Part shown: in pieces, positions 9,731-18,551 of the stretch | Layout: each line of letters opens with the position of its first letter | Position numbering within the stretch: the stretch's first letter is position 1 | Assembly: GCA_016839815.1 (NCBI GenBank) | Contig: JAEOTM010000057.1 | Location: 1-64,000 of the forward strand | Length of the DNA: 64,000 bases | Direction of reading: 5' to 3' | DNA from: Candidatus Hodarchaeota archaeon | GTDB lineage: Archaea > Asgardarchaeota > Heimdallarchaeia > Hodarchaeales > Hodarchaeaceae | Translations under genes and position numbers: made by a program | The notes under the pieces: generated by a model | Seen by the model: only the letters and a program-made list of their open reading frames with translations | Databases searched by the model: none | What the model was told of the DNA's origin: nothing

Positions 9731-10135
9731 GTGTTAGTGACATCAAAATGGATAAAAAACCATCAATCAGCAGTGAATAATGGACGATCAGATGCAGTTA
9801 TAATGGATCTCCCTCCAGAAAAGGGTGATGATGATTATGCAGCTACAGCATTAGAATATGCAGTAATGGCTCTTGCAGGTTGTATTACCACCATCTTTTC
9901 AGTCGTAGCGAAAAATTCTCACGTTGAGATTGCAGATCTTGAAGCAATTGTGGACGCAAAGAAACCTGATGGAGCTTCAACAATAACTGAAGTCAAAATC
10001 AATATAAATGTACACGCAAACGTCCCAGAGGATAAATTAAAACGAATTTTAAGAATTACCCTGAAGCAATGTCCTGTCGAAACTCTTTATCGACAAGCTA
10101 ATATCAAAATGGATATTCAGCTAAATGGGACGTAA
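9731..10135 (+). CDS. OsmC/Ohr family protein
   Basis: ALAGC...QCPV with both family cysteines. Confidence 0.85.
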   Translation: MLVTSKWIKNHQSAVNNGRSDAVIMDLPPEKGDDDYAATALEYAVMALAGCITTIFSVVAKNSHVEIADLEAIVDAKKPDGASTITEVKININVHANVPEDKLKRILRITLKQCPVETLYRQANIKMDIQLNGT

Positions 10136-10323
10136 TAATCGAAATTCTCTAATTCCTTCTCTACTTAGAACACGTAGGGACAACAAAAGAGGGGACACTC
10201 ACACTTTTTCTTTTCAGGTCAATATTTCCAATTTTAATTTGCTATTTAATGGAGGTAAATTATTTGAAAGTAGGTTTAGCTTCAGAAAAAACAAATTTTT
10301 CTTTTGTCTTTGATTTAGATAAA

Positions 10324-10596
10324 ATGGAACAAGAAAATCTAATAATTGATTTGTTAACACATGAAATAAAACCAGATAGAGTATTAGATTGTAGATTACT
10401 CTCATGTCCGATTCCAATTATATGTCTCAGATGTGGAATGAAGAATATTTCAGTTGGACAAATACTGGAACTGCTTGTTACCGATCTTGAATGTATAGAA
10501 TATGTACCACAGTGGTGTAACCATACTGGTAATTATTTTCTAGAGGTAACAGGGAAATGCGGTGAAACACGGTTTTTTATTAGACGGAACAAGTGA
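10324..10596 (+). CDS. TusA/SirA-family sulfurtransferase, Cys-rich (ORF track starts at 10249)
   Basis: LDCRLLSCPIP, GQILELLVTD, WCNHTGN, FFIRR; ATG at 10324 gives a TusA-sized protein; start uncertain. Confidence 0.78.
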   Translation: MEQENLIIDLLTHEIKPDRVLDCRLLSCPIPIICLRCGMKNISVGQILELLVTDLECIEYVPQWCNHTGNYFLEVTGKCGETRFFIRRNK

Positions 10597-10684
10597 AATA
10601 TATAAATTTACATAAGTTATGAAGGAATCATTTCTTGTCCAATATTCGCTCCTTTTGATACAGAAATATCTCTGAAAAAAAAGT

Positions 10685-10759
10685 AAGTGGGTTATTCCGA
10701 GGATGTTTACCCTCATAATCGATTGGCCATCAATTTAATTAAGGATATTTAACCCACTT
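10685..10759 (-). terminator. Branched stem-loop followed by T8 at the 3' end of the qmoC-like operon
   Basis: Perfect 10-bp inverted repeat AAGTGGGTTA/TAACCCACTT enclosing two short hairpins; A-run at about 10675-10682 is a minus-strand T-tract. Confidence 0.55.
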
Positions 10760-10773
10760 TCACCTAAATCTAA

Positions 10774-11913
10774 TTAAGTAGCTATGGATCTAGCTTTTTC
10801 CTTAACCATAGCCAAATATACAGCAAGAGGACGGTAAAGCATGTGCGACCATTTACCGAATGGTACCTCTATTATTAACATAGGTCCAGCTATCATTATA
10901 TGGATTACATAAATTATGTAACTTGGATAGGCTAGATTCATTAGACGAGACAGATGTAGAAATATCCCAGTGGTTGCTGTGAGAAAAAGTAAAATCAAAA
11001 ATAACCAATCAGATAAATGTGAATGCTTATGCATTTGTTCATTCTTTTTATACCGGCTCCACATCGCCTCTAGCGTAACGAAGAGTAACGCAGCTGTAGC
11101 ATAATATCCTAGAAGGGAAGTCATATTCCAGCCTGTGTCATCGACCTGAAAGATATCGATAAAGATCACGACGAGTGAAAAAATGGTAATATACCCTGTT
11201 ACAAGGAAGAGATGTTTTAACCATCTAGTCTTACTATCACAAGAAAGCCATCGATATTGGGCTACGAGACTGAGTCCAGCAAGTATATAGGCTTTGATTT
11301 CTGTGAAATACAATTTAATTGGCACTTTAACACTTTTATCGTTGAGAATTACGAAATAATACATTCTGAATGCATTTGAGAGCAAAAGAAACGCTAAGGT
11401 CCCACCTAAAATGAGATCACCTAAATGAATCCACTCAATAGGGGCAAAACCATCAATTGAAACATTATCCCCTTGCATCTTACTAATCCCAACAAGATTA
11501 GAAACCACAAATATTCCAAGGAAAACGAGAGCTAGGGCTACAAGTGCTCCTATTTCCCATTTTTCTGAGAGATAAAACTTCTTTGATAAGCCAGTCCAAT
11601 CATATCTCGACGTGAGATAACGACGTGTCGCCATCATAAATTCCCCAGGTTCAGCTTCACTTGGACATTGATCAGAACAGTCTCCACAGTAATAACATAA
11701 CCATGGTTCAGGATGGGAAATTAATTTTTCATCTAATCCCAAAACTGCATATCTTATTAATTTCCTAGGAAATTCATTGCCCGATACGGACAGAGGACAT
11801 GAAACTGTGCACATTCCACAATTCATACAAGCTGTCACGTCAAATGCCCCCATCTTTTTAATGTCTTCAAAGACCTGTGTATTAGCAGTAAAACCCTGAT
11901 TAACTACAACCAT
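10774..11913 (-). CDS. QmoC-like subunit (HdrC-type 2x[4Fe-4S] domain + heme b membrane domain), copy 1
   Basis: CMNCGMC..SCP, WLCYYCGDC..CP, several TM helices with conserved His, VPFGKWSHM. Confidence 0.85.
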   Translation of the reverse strand: MVVVNQGFTANTQVFEDIKKMGAFDVTACMNCGMCTVSCPLSVSGNEFPRKLIRYAVLGLDEKLISHPEPWLCYYCGDCSDQCPSEAEPGEFMMATRRYLTSRYDWTGLSKKFYLSEKWEIGALVALALVFLGIFVVSNLVGISKMQGDNVSIDGFAPIEWIHLGDLILGGTLAFLLLSNAFRMYYFVILNDKSVKVPIKLYFTEIKAYILAGLSLVAQYRWLSCDSKTRWLKHLFLVTGYITIFSLVVIFIDIFQVDDTGWNMTSLLGYYATAALLFVTLEAMWSRYKKNEQMHKHSHLSDWLFLILLFLTATTGIFLHLSRLMNLAYPSYIIYVIHIMIAGPMLIIEVPFGKWSHMLYRPLAVYLAMVKEKARSIAT

Positions 11914-11924
11914 CTTAATATCAC

Positions 11925-12233
11925 CTATTTAATCAGCTTATATTTCCAATAATCCTCATCTGTTTTTTCTACAGGTTCGATCAATCGATATCTTAGACTT
12001 GTTGCAACATGCCATAAAACTTCATGAGAAGGAATGCCAGTTTTCACTGAAATCTCAGGAACAGTCATGGTTTCACCTTCCATGGCTTTAAAAATAGCTC
12101 TTTTAATTTTATTATTATGTTTGTTTCGTTCCTTTAACTTCTCACTTACTACTGCTCCAGTTTGTTTTTTATACAGTTTGGCTGTGATAGTCTTCTTCTT
12201 TTTTTCTGATGATTCATTACTTACTTGACTCAT
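11925..12233 (-). CDS. Small winged-helix protein inside the Hdr/Qmo-like operon
   Basis: ATG at 12233 after GGTGA (ORF-track start 12362 overlaps hdrA); MTVPEISVKTGIPSHEVLWHV. Confidence 0.7.
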   Translation of the reverse strand: MSQVSNESSEKKKKTITAKLYKKQTGAVVSEKLKERNKHNNKIKRAIFKAMEGETMTVPEISVKTGIPSHEVLWHVATSLRYRLIEPVEKTDEDYWKYKLIK

Positions 12234-12250
12234 TTGATTTTCACCTTCAG

Positions 12251-13984
12251 TTATGATTTTGCCATGGCTTTGATCATTTCTCGAATTTGTGATGTTGTTA
12301 GAGTCTTTATCTGAATAGCTTCTGTGGGACATACAGCTGTACATATAGCACAGCCTATACATAACGCTTCATTTACAACAGATTTGTTATTTTGAGTCTC
12401 AATAGCATTGGTAGGACATTCAGGGATACACTTTTGATGATTAGAACAGAGATCTGGGTTAACAATTGCAACTGCTGGTTCTAACATCAATTCTCCCCTT
12501 AATACTAAACTAGCAGCTTTTGCTGCCGATGCAGAGGCCGAAGCTAGCGTTTCTGATATATCACGAGGAGATTGAGCCGTACCTGCCAACAGAACGCCCA
12601 TTCTTCCCGTTTCCACTGGCTTCAACTTGGGATGTGATTCCTTGTAGAAACCATCCAATCCAGGAGTAATCTTTACTAATTCTTCCATTCGTTTATTTTC
12701 TCTTGCTTCCATTCCAGTGACAAGTACTAAAAGATCAACAGGAACTGTTATTTTTTCTCCTTCAGTTAGAATATCAGCTACTGTAACATTGATATTATTA
12801 TTAGAATTTACTTCAAGTGGAGTATAAGGATCATATTTCAGAAAAACTGCTCCATTTTCTCTTGCTTGAAGGTAATAAGCTTCATTTTTACCATATGCAC
12901 GAATATCTTGGTAAAAGTGATATGTGTAAAGATTTGGGAAGCTTTTTTGAAGCTCGGCAGTCAGAAAAACTGTCGCATTACAACAATAACGTGAACAATA
13001 CTCGTTTCCTGATTCACCAGCCTCTAAGTTTCTTTGTCTAGAGCCCACACAATATATGAACCCAATTTTGTTAATTTTTTGACCATTATAAGTGAGATTT
13101 TCTTTATATTCACTCTTATTCAGATGAGCCATAAAATCAGGTAACGTTATAATGTTACTATGGGTATTATATCCATATTCTCCATCCTTAGGTACATAAG
13201 ACTTGAAACCAGACGCAACAATAATTATTCCAACAGATTTTTCAGCCACATTTCCAGTAGAATTATTAGTAATCTGGACAACGAAATTACCGATATAACC
13301 AGAGACTCCTGTAACTTCAGAAGAAGTATACATCTCAAGTTTATCTTCGTATTCAACCAGCTGATCAACCATTAAATCACGAATTTCTTTACCAGTTTTA
13401 CCTTCGGGATATGTCTTGTAAATATTCGAAGTATATCCACCAAGGATATCGGCCGATTCAACAAGAACAACCTCGATACCCATTCTGGCCAGATCAACTG
13501 CTGCACGAACACCTGAAATTCCAGCTCCTATTATTAGAACTTTTTTGGTAGTACTCACCTTTATTTTAGCTAAAGGAGAGGTCTGTTTCACGTATTCAAT
13601 TCCAGCATTGACCATACGAATCGCTTTTTCTGTAGCTCCTTTTGGGTCATCTGAATGCGGCCAAGAAGCATCTTCTCTGATGTTCACATGATAGAATTCA
13701 TAAGGATTCAACCCCGCACGTTCGGCAACATTCATAAAAGTGATCTCGTGTAATTTAGGTGAACAAGAGGCTACTACAAGTCCATCAAGATCTAATTCCT
13801 TCACATCATCTACTATCATCTGTTGACCAGCATCAGAACACATAAACATGAAGTCTTTTCCGAGAACGACATTAGGATGATTACCAGCTGCCTCAGAAAC
13901 CGCGGCGACATCCACAACATCTGAAATGTTCCCACCACAATGGCAAATATATACACCTATTCGTTTTTTGAATTCATTTGTCAT
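12251..13984 (-). CDS. hdrA: HdrA-like flavoprotein (QmoB-like half)
   Basis: YICHCGGNI, MCS, SCSP, GAGISG FAD motif, CVGSR..YCSRYCC, C-terminal ferredoxin. Confidence 0.9.
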   Translation of the reverse strand: MTNEFKKRIGVYICHCGGNISDVVDVAAVSEAAGNHPNVVLGKDFMFMCSDAGQQMIVDDVKELDLDGLVVASCSPKLHEITFMNVAERAGLNPYEFYHVNIREDASWPHSDDPKGATEKAIRMVNAGIEYVKQTSPLAKIKVSTTKKVLIIGAGISGVRAAVDLARMGIEVVLVESADILGGYTSNIYKTYPEGKTGKEIRDLMVDQLVEYEDKLEMYTSSEVTGVSGYIGNFVVQITNNSTGNVAEKSVGIIIVASGFKSYVPKDGEYGYNTHSNIITLPDFMAHLNKSEYKENLTYNGQKINKIGFIYCVGSRQRNLEAGESGNEYCSRYCCNATVFLTAELQKSFPNLYTYHFYQDIRAYGKNEAYYLQARENGAVFLKYDPYTPLEVNSNNNINVTVADILTEGEKITVPVDLLVLVTGMEARENKRMEELVKITPGLDGFYKESHPKLKPVETGRMGVLLAGTAQSPRDISETLASASASAAKAASLVLRGELMLEPAVAIVNPDLCSNHQKCIPECPTNAIETQNNKSVVNEALCIGCAICTAVCPTEAIQIKTLTTSQIREMIKAMAKS

Positions 13985-13997
13985 TTCATCAACACTC

Positions 13998-15302
13998 CTA
14001 CATACTACTCTTGTGTGTTTCGATATACGCTAAACACTGTGAAACAGCAGCATTGGCTTCTACTATTGTATCAGGAATATCCTTAGGACCAGTTACACAA
14101 CCCGCTGCAAATATCCCTGGAACATTTGTCTCCACAGGGTTACATAATGGACATTTAATCCATCCTAGCGAGTCAGTTTCCAATTCAACATTTTTAAACA
14201 CTTTAGAGATGCCAGTAATTGAGGGCCATAGACCAACTGCCAAAACAACTAAATCAAAGGCTTCCTCTTTGATTTTTCCTTTATCATCAATGTCCTCATA
14301 TTTTACAATTACATCCCCATTTTCATCTTCATCTACAAACATAATTCTGCCTTTGATAAAGAATGCACCCATATCGCGTGCCTGTTGATAGAATTCTTCA
14401 AAACCCTTCCCTTGTGCTCGAATATCTATATAGAATGAAAAAACATCAGCTAAAGGCAAGGCTCCTAAAATTAATTGAGACTGTTTGATTGAATACATAC
14501 AGCATATTTGTGAACAAAGTTCATTTCCTACCGTTTTATCCCGACTACCGACCCAATACAGGTAGGCAATTTTCCCTGGTTCTTTACCATCAGAAGGTCT
14601 CAATACAGCATTATATGGTCGAGTCGGGGCCAGTAATCGATCCATCTGCATAGCAGTTATGATATTCTTGCTTTTCCCAAAACCAAATTCTGGTTTTAAT
14701 GCTGCATCGAATAGTTCAAACCCAGTTGCAAGCAATATAGATTTTATTCGTACATTTTTTAAAACAGGCTTTTGAAGAAAATTGATTGCGGAAGTCGGAC
14801 AAACTTTTTCGCACTGTCCACAGAATATACAGTTATCAATATCGATTACGGATTTCTTTGGAACTGCGATATCAAAAGCAATGTACACTGCCTTTCGGCC
14901 TCGCATATGATATTGAAATTCATCACTAACTATTACTGGGCATTCCATTTCACATAAAGAACATCCTGTACAATCATCCCATTCTACATATTTTGGTTTT
15001 TGAACGATTTTGGCGGTAAAATTAGCTTCCTCGTGCTTTACGACTTCTTCAATCTCAGAATAAGCTGAAAGCGTTATATTAGGATGATATACAGCACTCG
15101 CCATTTTAGGAGTGGCAATACAAGCTGAACAATCAAGCGTAGGAAATACTTTACTTAGTTGGGCCATGATTCCTCCTACTGTAGGAGATTTATCTACGAG
15201 TAGGACTTTTCCACCTGCATCACCAAGAGTTAGAGCAGCTTCTATACCTGCAATACCTGCTCCAATAATCAATGTATCATAATCTTCATAATCTTCAGTC
15301 AT
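13998..15302 (-). CDS. hdrA: HdrA-like flavoprotein (QmoA-like half with inserted ferredoxin)
   Basis: GAGIAG, FPTLDCSACI, two CxxCxxCxxxCP, WVGSRD..LCSQICC, GPKDIPDT. Confidence 0.9.
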   Translation of the reverse strand: MTEDYEDYDTLIIGAGIAGIEAALTLGDAGGKVLLVDKSPTVGGIMAQLSKVFPTLDCSACIATPKMASAVYHPNITLSAYSEIEEVVKHEEANFTAKIVQKPKYVEWDDCTGCSLCEMECPVIVSDEFQYHMRGRKAVYIAFDIAVPKKSVIDIDNCIFCGQCEKVCPTSAINFLQKPVLKNVRIKSILLATGFELFDAALKPEFGFGKSKNIITAMQMDRLLAPTRPYNAVLRPSDGKEPGKIAYLYWVGSRDKTVGNELCSQICCMYSIKQSQLILGALPLADVFSFYIDIRAQGKGFEEFYQQARDMGAFFIKGRIMFVDEDENGDVIVKYEDIDDKGKIKEEAFDLVVLAVGLWPSITGISKVFKNVELETDSLGWIKCPLCNPVETNVPGIFAAGCVTGPKDIPDTIVEANAAVSQCLAYIETHKSSM

Positions 15303-15318
15303 AATAACACCCTTTGGA

Positions 15319-15726
15319 TTAAGTACTAGCTAACTCCTGCAATTTTTCAGAAAAGGTTTTTACATGATTTAAAAATGGTTCAACACAAACAGAACATATA
15401 GCAGCCATTTTTAATCTATTTACATCAATATTATGACTTTCCAGAAGTTCTATTGCTTCACGTATTCGATCAGAAGTTTTTTGAGGACATTCCTCAGTAA
15501 AAGGACAATCTCCCCCATCTGCGGTGATGAATACACCATCAAAACCACTCTGAAGTGCAAGAAGAACATAATCAGCTCTTACCATGCTTGAACAAGGAAC
15601 TCGAATAATTGAGGTTGAAGGAGAATAATGCCTGTGTAATAATCCAGTTTGGTCAACAGCTGGATCAGAGATTAAATTTGTTGTAAATATAAGAATTTTC
15701 GGTTTTACTTTCTCACTACTGGTCAT
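15319..15726 (-). CDS. mvhD: Divergent MvhD-like Fe-S subunit
   Basis: IRVPCSS, GFDGVFI, DCPF, RLKMAAICSVC; MvhD layout without the N-terminal CxxC. Confidence 0.78.
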   Translation of the reverse strand: MTSSEKVKPKILIFTTNLISDPAVDQTGLLHRHYSPSTSIIRVPCSSMVRADYVLLALQSGFDGVFITADGGDCPFTEECPQKTSDRIREAIELLESHNIDVNRLKMAAICSVCVEPFLNHVKTFSEKLQELAST

Positions 15727-15789
15727 CTACATCACATAACTCGTCTAATTAGAGAAACTCTGACTCTTTGTCGATTTTCTTTAGATTTG

Positions 15790-15828
15790 TAAAATAAAAA
15801 AAGAAAGGGGAAGGAAACTACCTCTTTC
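15790..15828 (-). terminator. Intra-operon hairpin + T-tract after tusA
   Basis: Minus strand GAAAGAGG...CCCCTTTC followed by TTTTTTTATTTT. Confidence 0.5.
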
Positions 15829-15839
15829 GTTAAACACAC

Positions 15840-16088
15840 TCAACGTTTTCGTCTAACAAATATTTTGAAGTAACCTTTACCTTCAGCGTCACCTAAATAT
15901 TCATGGCCAATCTTTTTGCACCAAAGGGGGATATCTCTTTTTGTACCTGCATCCGCAGACCAAACTTCGAGAACACCATCCATAGGAACCTTTGTCATCG
16001 CTTTTTTAGCAGCTAATAAAGGGCCTGGACAACTCTCAGCACGGGCATCAACCAAGTGATCTGATTTCATGTTTTCTACATCGGTCAT
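15840..16088 (-). CDS. tusA: TusA-family sulfurtransferase
   Basis: VDARAESCPGP, DIPLWC. Confidence 0.92.
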   Translation of the reverse strand: MTDVENMKSDHLVDARAESCPGPLLAAKKAMTKVPMDGVLEVWSADAGTKRDIPLWCKKIGHEYLGDAEGKGYFKIFVRRKR

Positions 16089-16117
16089 TTTTTATCACCA
16101 TTTCAATTTCTTTGCAT

Positions 16118-16540
16118 CTAAATAAAGTAAGTTGCTTTTGATTGGGTGCTAGTCCATACAATTTCTCCAGCACCGACAATATCATCGACATATTCTAAAT
16201 TTTCCAAATCTGCACTCCAAGCTTTACCGCAAGCAGCACAAACGTAAATTTTTACTTGTCCCATTTCTTTAGCTTGTTTGATCATCTCGTACCAAGGGGA
16301 AATGCCACCTCTCATAATGAGTTCTTTGAATTTCTCATCGGTATATTCGAGATGTTCACTTAGTGTGTTATCTTTTCCAATAACATCCTTCTTGAAGGCA
16401 TAGGTCCCCCATAGCATGAGATAGATATCAACAGAATAATCCATCGCTATAGCGGCATTTGTTAGAATAGCCATGCCAATAAGTCTATCTATTGTTCCAG
16501 AAAATACAACCATTGTAATCTTTTCTTCTTCTGCTTCCAT
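16118..16540 (-). CDS. DsrE/DsrF/DrsH-like sulfur-transfer protein
   Basis: MVVFSGTIDR, AMDYSV..LMLWG, KIYVCAAC, IVGAGE. Confidence 0.85.
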   Translation of the reverse strand: MEAEEEKITMVVFSGTIDRLIGMAILTNAAIAMDYSVDIYLMLWGTYAFKKDVIGKDNTLSEHLEYTDEKFKELIMRGGISPWYEMIKQAKEMGQVKIYVCAACGKAWSADLENLEYVDDIVGAGEIVWTSTQSKATYFI

Positions 16541-16916
16541 TTCTATACAACTCTCATCGATTTAACAAGAAAAACTGTATTTTTTCTGAAAATTAAGTTG
16601 TTAATTGTGCGCTAATAACTCTCCGTTTTTAACTTTTCGTCTCAAGTCACAATATAGTTATCTTAAGTCATAGCGGAAATTTATTTTGCTCAATTTCGCG
16701 AATAGAAGTACTATATGTAACAAGAGAACTATCTATTGTGAATAAATATGTAAAATAGAGGACAGAAGGTTTTTAACAATATTTGATTTACGTTGTTAAC
16801 TCGACGTAAATAACTTGGGGTTATTAGCATGTAGCAAAAAAAACTGTAAAACCCCTAAAAGCTATTTACATTGGGTAATTTAAAAACAAACCAATAAAAC
16901 ATAGGATAGATATAGA

Positions 16917-17150
16917 ATGGTCGATATAGACATGACATTGGACTGCAAAGGCTTATCCTGTCCAATGCCTATCGTGAAATTAAACGCAGCTATCAAAAAG
17001 CTAGAAGTAGGACAAGTTCTAGAGATGCTCGGAACTGATCCTGGATCAAAGAAAGACGTACCCTTGTGGTGCAAGCGAAAAGGCAATGAAGTACTAGAGA
17101 CAAGCGAAGACGGCGGTATTTTTAGATTTATTATCCAACGTAAAAAATGA
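16917..17150 (+). CDS. tusA: TusA-family sulfurtransferase (YeeD-like)
   Basis: LDCKGLSCPMP, TDPGS, WC. Confidence 0.93.
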   Translation: MVDIDMTLDCKGLSCPMPIVKLNAAIKKLEVGQVLEMLGTDPGSKKDVPLWCKRKGNEVLETSEDGGIFRFIIQRKK

Positions 17151-17159
17151 GGTAATTTT

Positions 17160-18350
17160 ATGTCAGAAAAAGGAATGTTTTCAGAAGTATACGAAGTATT
17201 ATTTGGTGACTCATGGAAGATGTGGGTTGGCGCAATCATTCTCTCCTTCCTCAGCCTATCACTCTGGTTCTTCTTTGGACCTTGGGGTGCTACAGGTGGC
17301 TATATCTGGTGGGGCAATGAAGTTTTTAATCTCATTGGTGACAGAATGGTTGAAATAGTCCCTGGTGTTAATTCAGGCTGGGAAAATTACGCCTACCTGA
17401 ACATGCTAATTTTGGTTGGTGCTTTTGCCAGTGCATTATTAGCTAAAGAATTTGCCATTCGCATTCCACCAGTTGGTGAGCTTGTTAAAGGTCTAATCGG
17501 TGGTCTTTTAATGGGTATTGGAGCTGTAATTGGTGGTGGCTGTACTATTGGTGGATTCTATAGTGGTTGGCCCGCTCTAAGTGCAGCTGGATTGTTTATC
17601 GTATTAGGTTTCGTGATTGGAGTTTTCATTGCTGTACGATATCTTCTTTGGGAAGCTGATAAATATCCAGGTATCAGTTCAGGTGAATCCAAAAGCTTCT
17701 TAGCTGGTGGCAGTTGGCAACCAATCGTAGGATTCATTGTACTGGTTGCTGGTTTTGGAGTGTTACTTATCTTTGACGTAGCTACTCAGCTATCCATAAT
17801 TGGTGCTGTATTCATAGGTCTTCTCATAGGTTTTGTACTCCAACGATCTCGTTTTTGTATTGTTCGAGCTTTACGAGAACCTTTCATGACTGGTGAAGCT
17901 GCTCCTGCAAAAGCTGTAATGGTCGGTCTTTTGGTTGGTCTTGTTGGTTTTCTTGCAATGAAAGTATCTGGCACTGGTGCAGCACTGACAATGGTTGCAG
18001 GGAGCTTCTTTATACCTGCACTTTTAGGTGGAACCATTTTCGGTCTTGGTATGACAGTAGCTGGTGGTTGTGTTGTCGGTTCCTTATGGCGAAGTGGAGA
18101 AGGCCAAGTAAAATTATGGTTCTCCGTTCTCGGCCTTACCTTTGGTACTCTCTTCACAGTTGAATTCTTGAAAGAACCAGTTTATGATTTGTTCGAACCC
18201 ACTAAAGAATTCCTTCCCACCATGCTCAACGATGATCCAGCATCTTTAATTGGTTTCTTCCTCGCAGCTCTAGTCATACTAGCTGTTATTGCAATCTGGT
18301 ATATCATTGTTTCTTGGAATGAACGCACTGGTAAACTCCAACAGATGTAA
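17160..18350 (+). CDS. yeeE: YeeE/YedE family thiosulfate/sulfur transporter
   Basis: Gly-rich TM protein with GGCTIG, SRFC and AGGCVVG cysteine motifs; directly after tusA. Confidence 0.9.
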   Translation: MSEKGMFSEVYEVLFGDSWKMWVGAIILSFLSLSLWFFFGPWGATGGYIWWGNEVFNLIGDRMVEIVPGVNSGWENYAYLNMLILVGAFASALLAKEFAIRIPPVGELVKGLIGGLLMGIGAVIGGGCTIGGFYSGWPALSAAGLFIVLGFVIGVFIAVRYLLWEADKYPGISSGESKSFLAGGSWQPIVGFIVLVAGFGVLLIFDVATQLSIIGAVFIGLLIGFVLQRSRFCIVRALREPFMTGEAAPAKAVMVGLLVGLVGFLAMKVSGTGAALTMVAGSFFIPALLGGTIFGLGMTVAGGCVVGSLWRSGEGQVKLWFSVLGLTFGTLFTVEFLKEPVYDLFEPTKEFLPTMLNDDPASLIGFFLAALVILAVIAIWYIIVSWNERTGKLQQM

Positions 18351-18376
18351 AGAAGATTCTTTCGAGCAAGTTTTGA

Positions 18377-18419
18377 ATTGAAAGGAGGCAAATCCGATCC
18401 TCCTTTCAATCTTTTTTTT
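18377..18419 (+). terminator. Intrinsic terminator after yeeE
   Basis: 12-bp stem ATTGAAAGGAGG/CCTCCTTTCAAT then T8. Confidence 0.8.
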
Positions 18420-18551
18420 GAGAGTCAGAAAGTAGACGCATTTCGTAAAATATGTTAAATAAATGTTAAATCATAATTCTGAATCATTAAGGTTTAACCA
18501 TATGTTATACCATGATTAAAAGAAAAGCAATTAGTAAGTTGTGAATAATAA

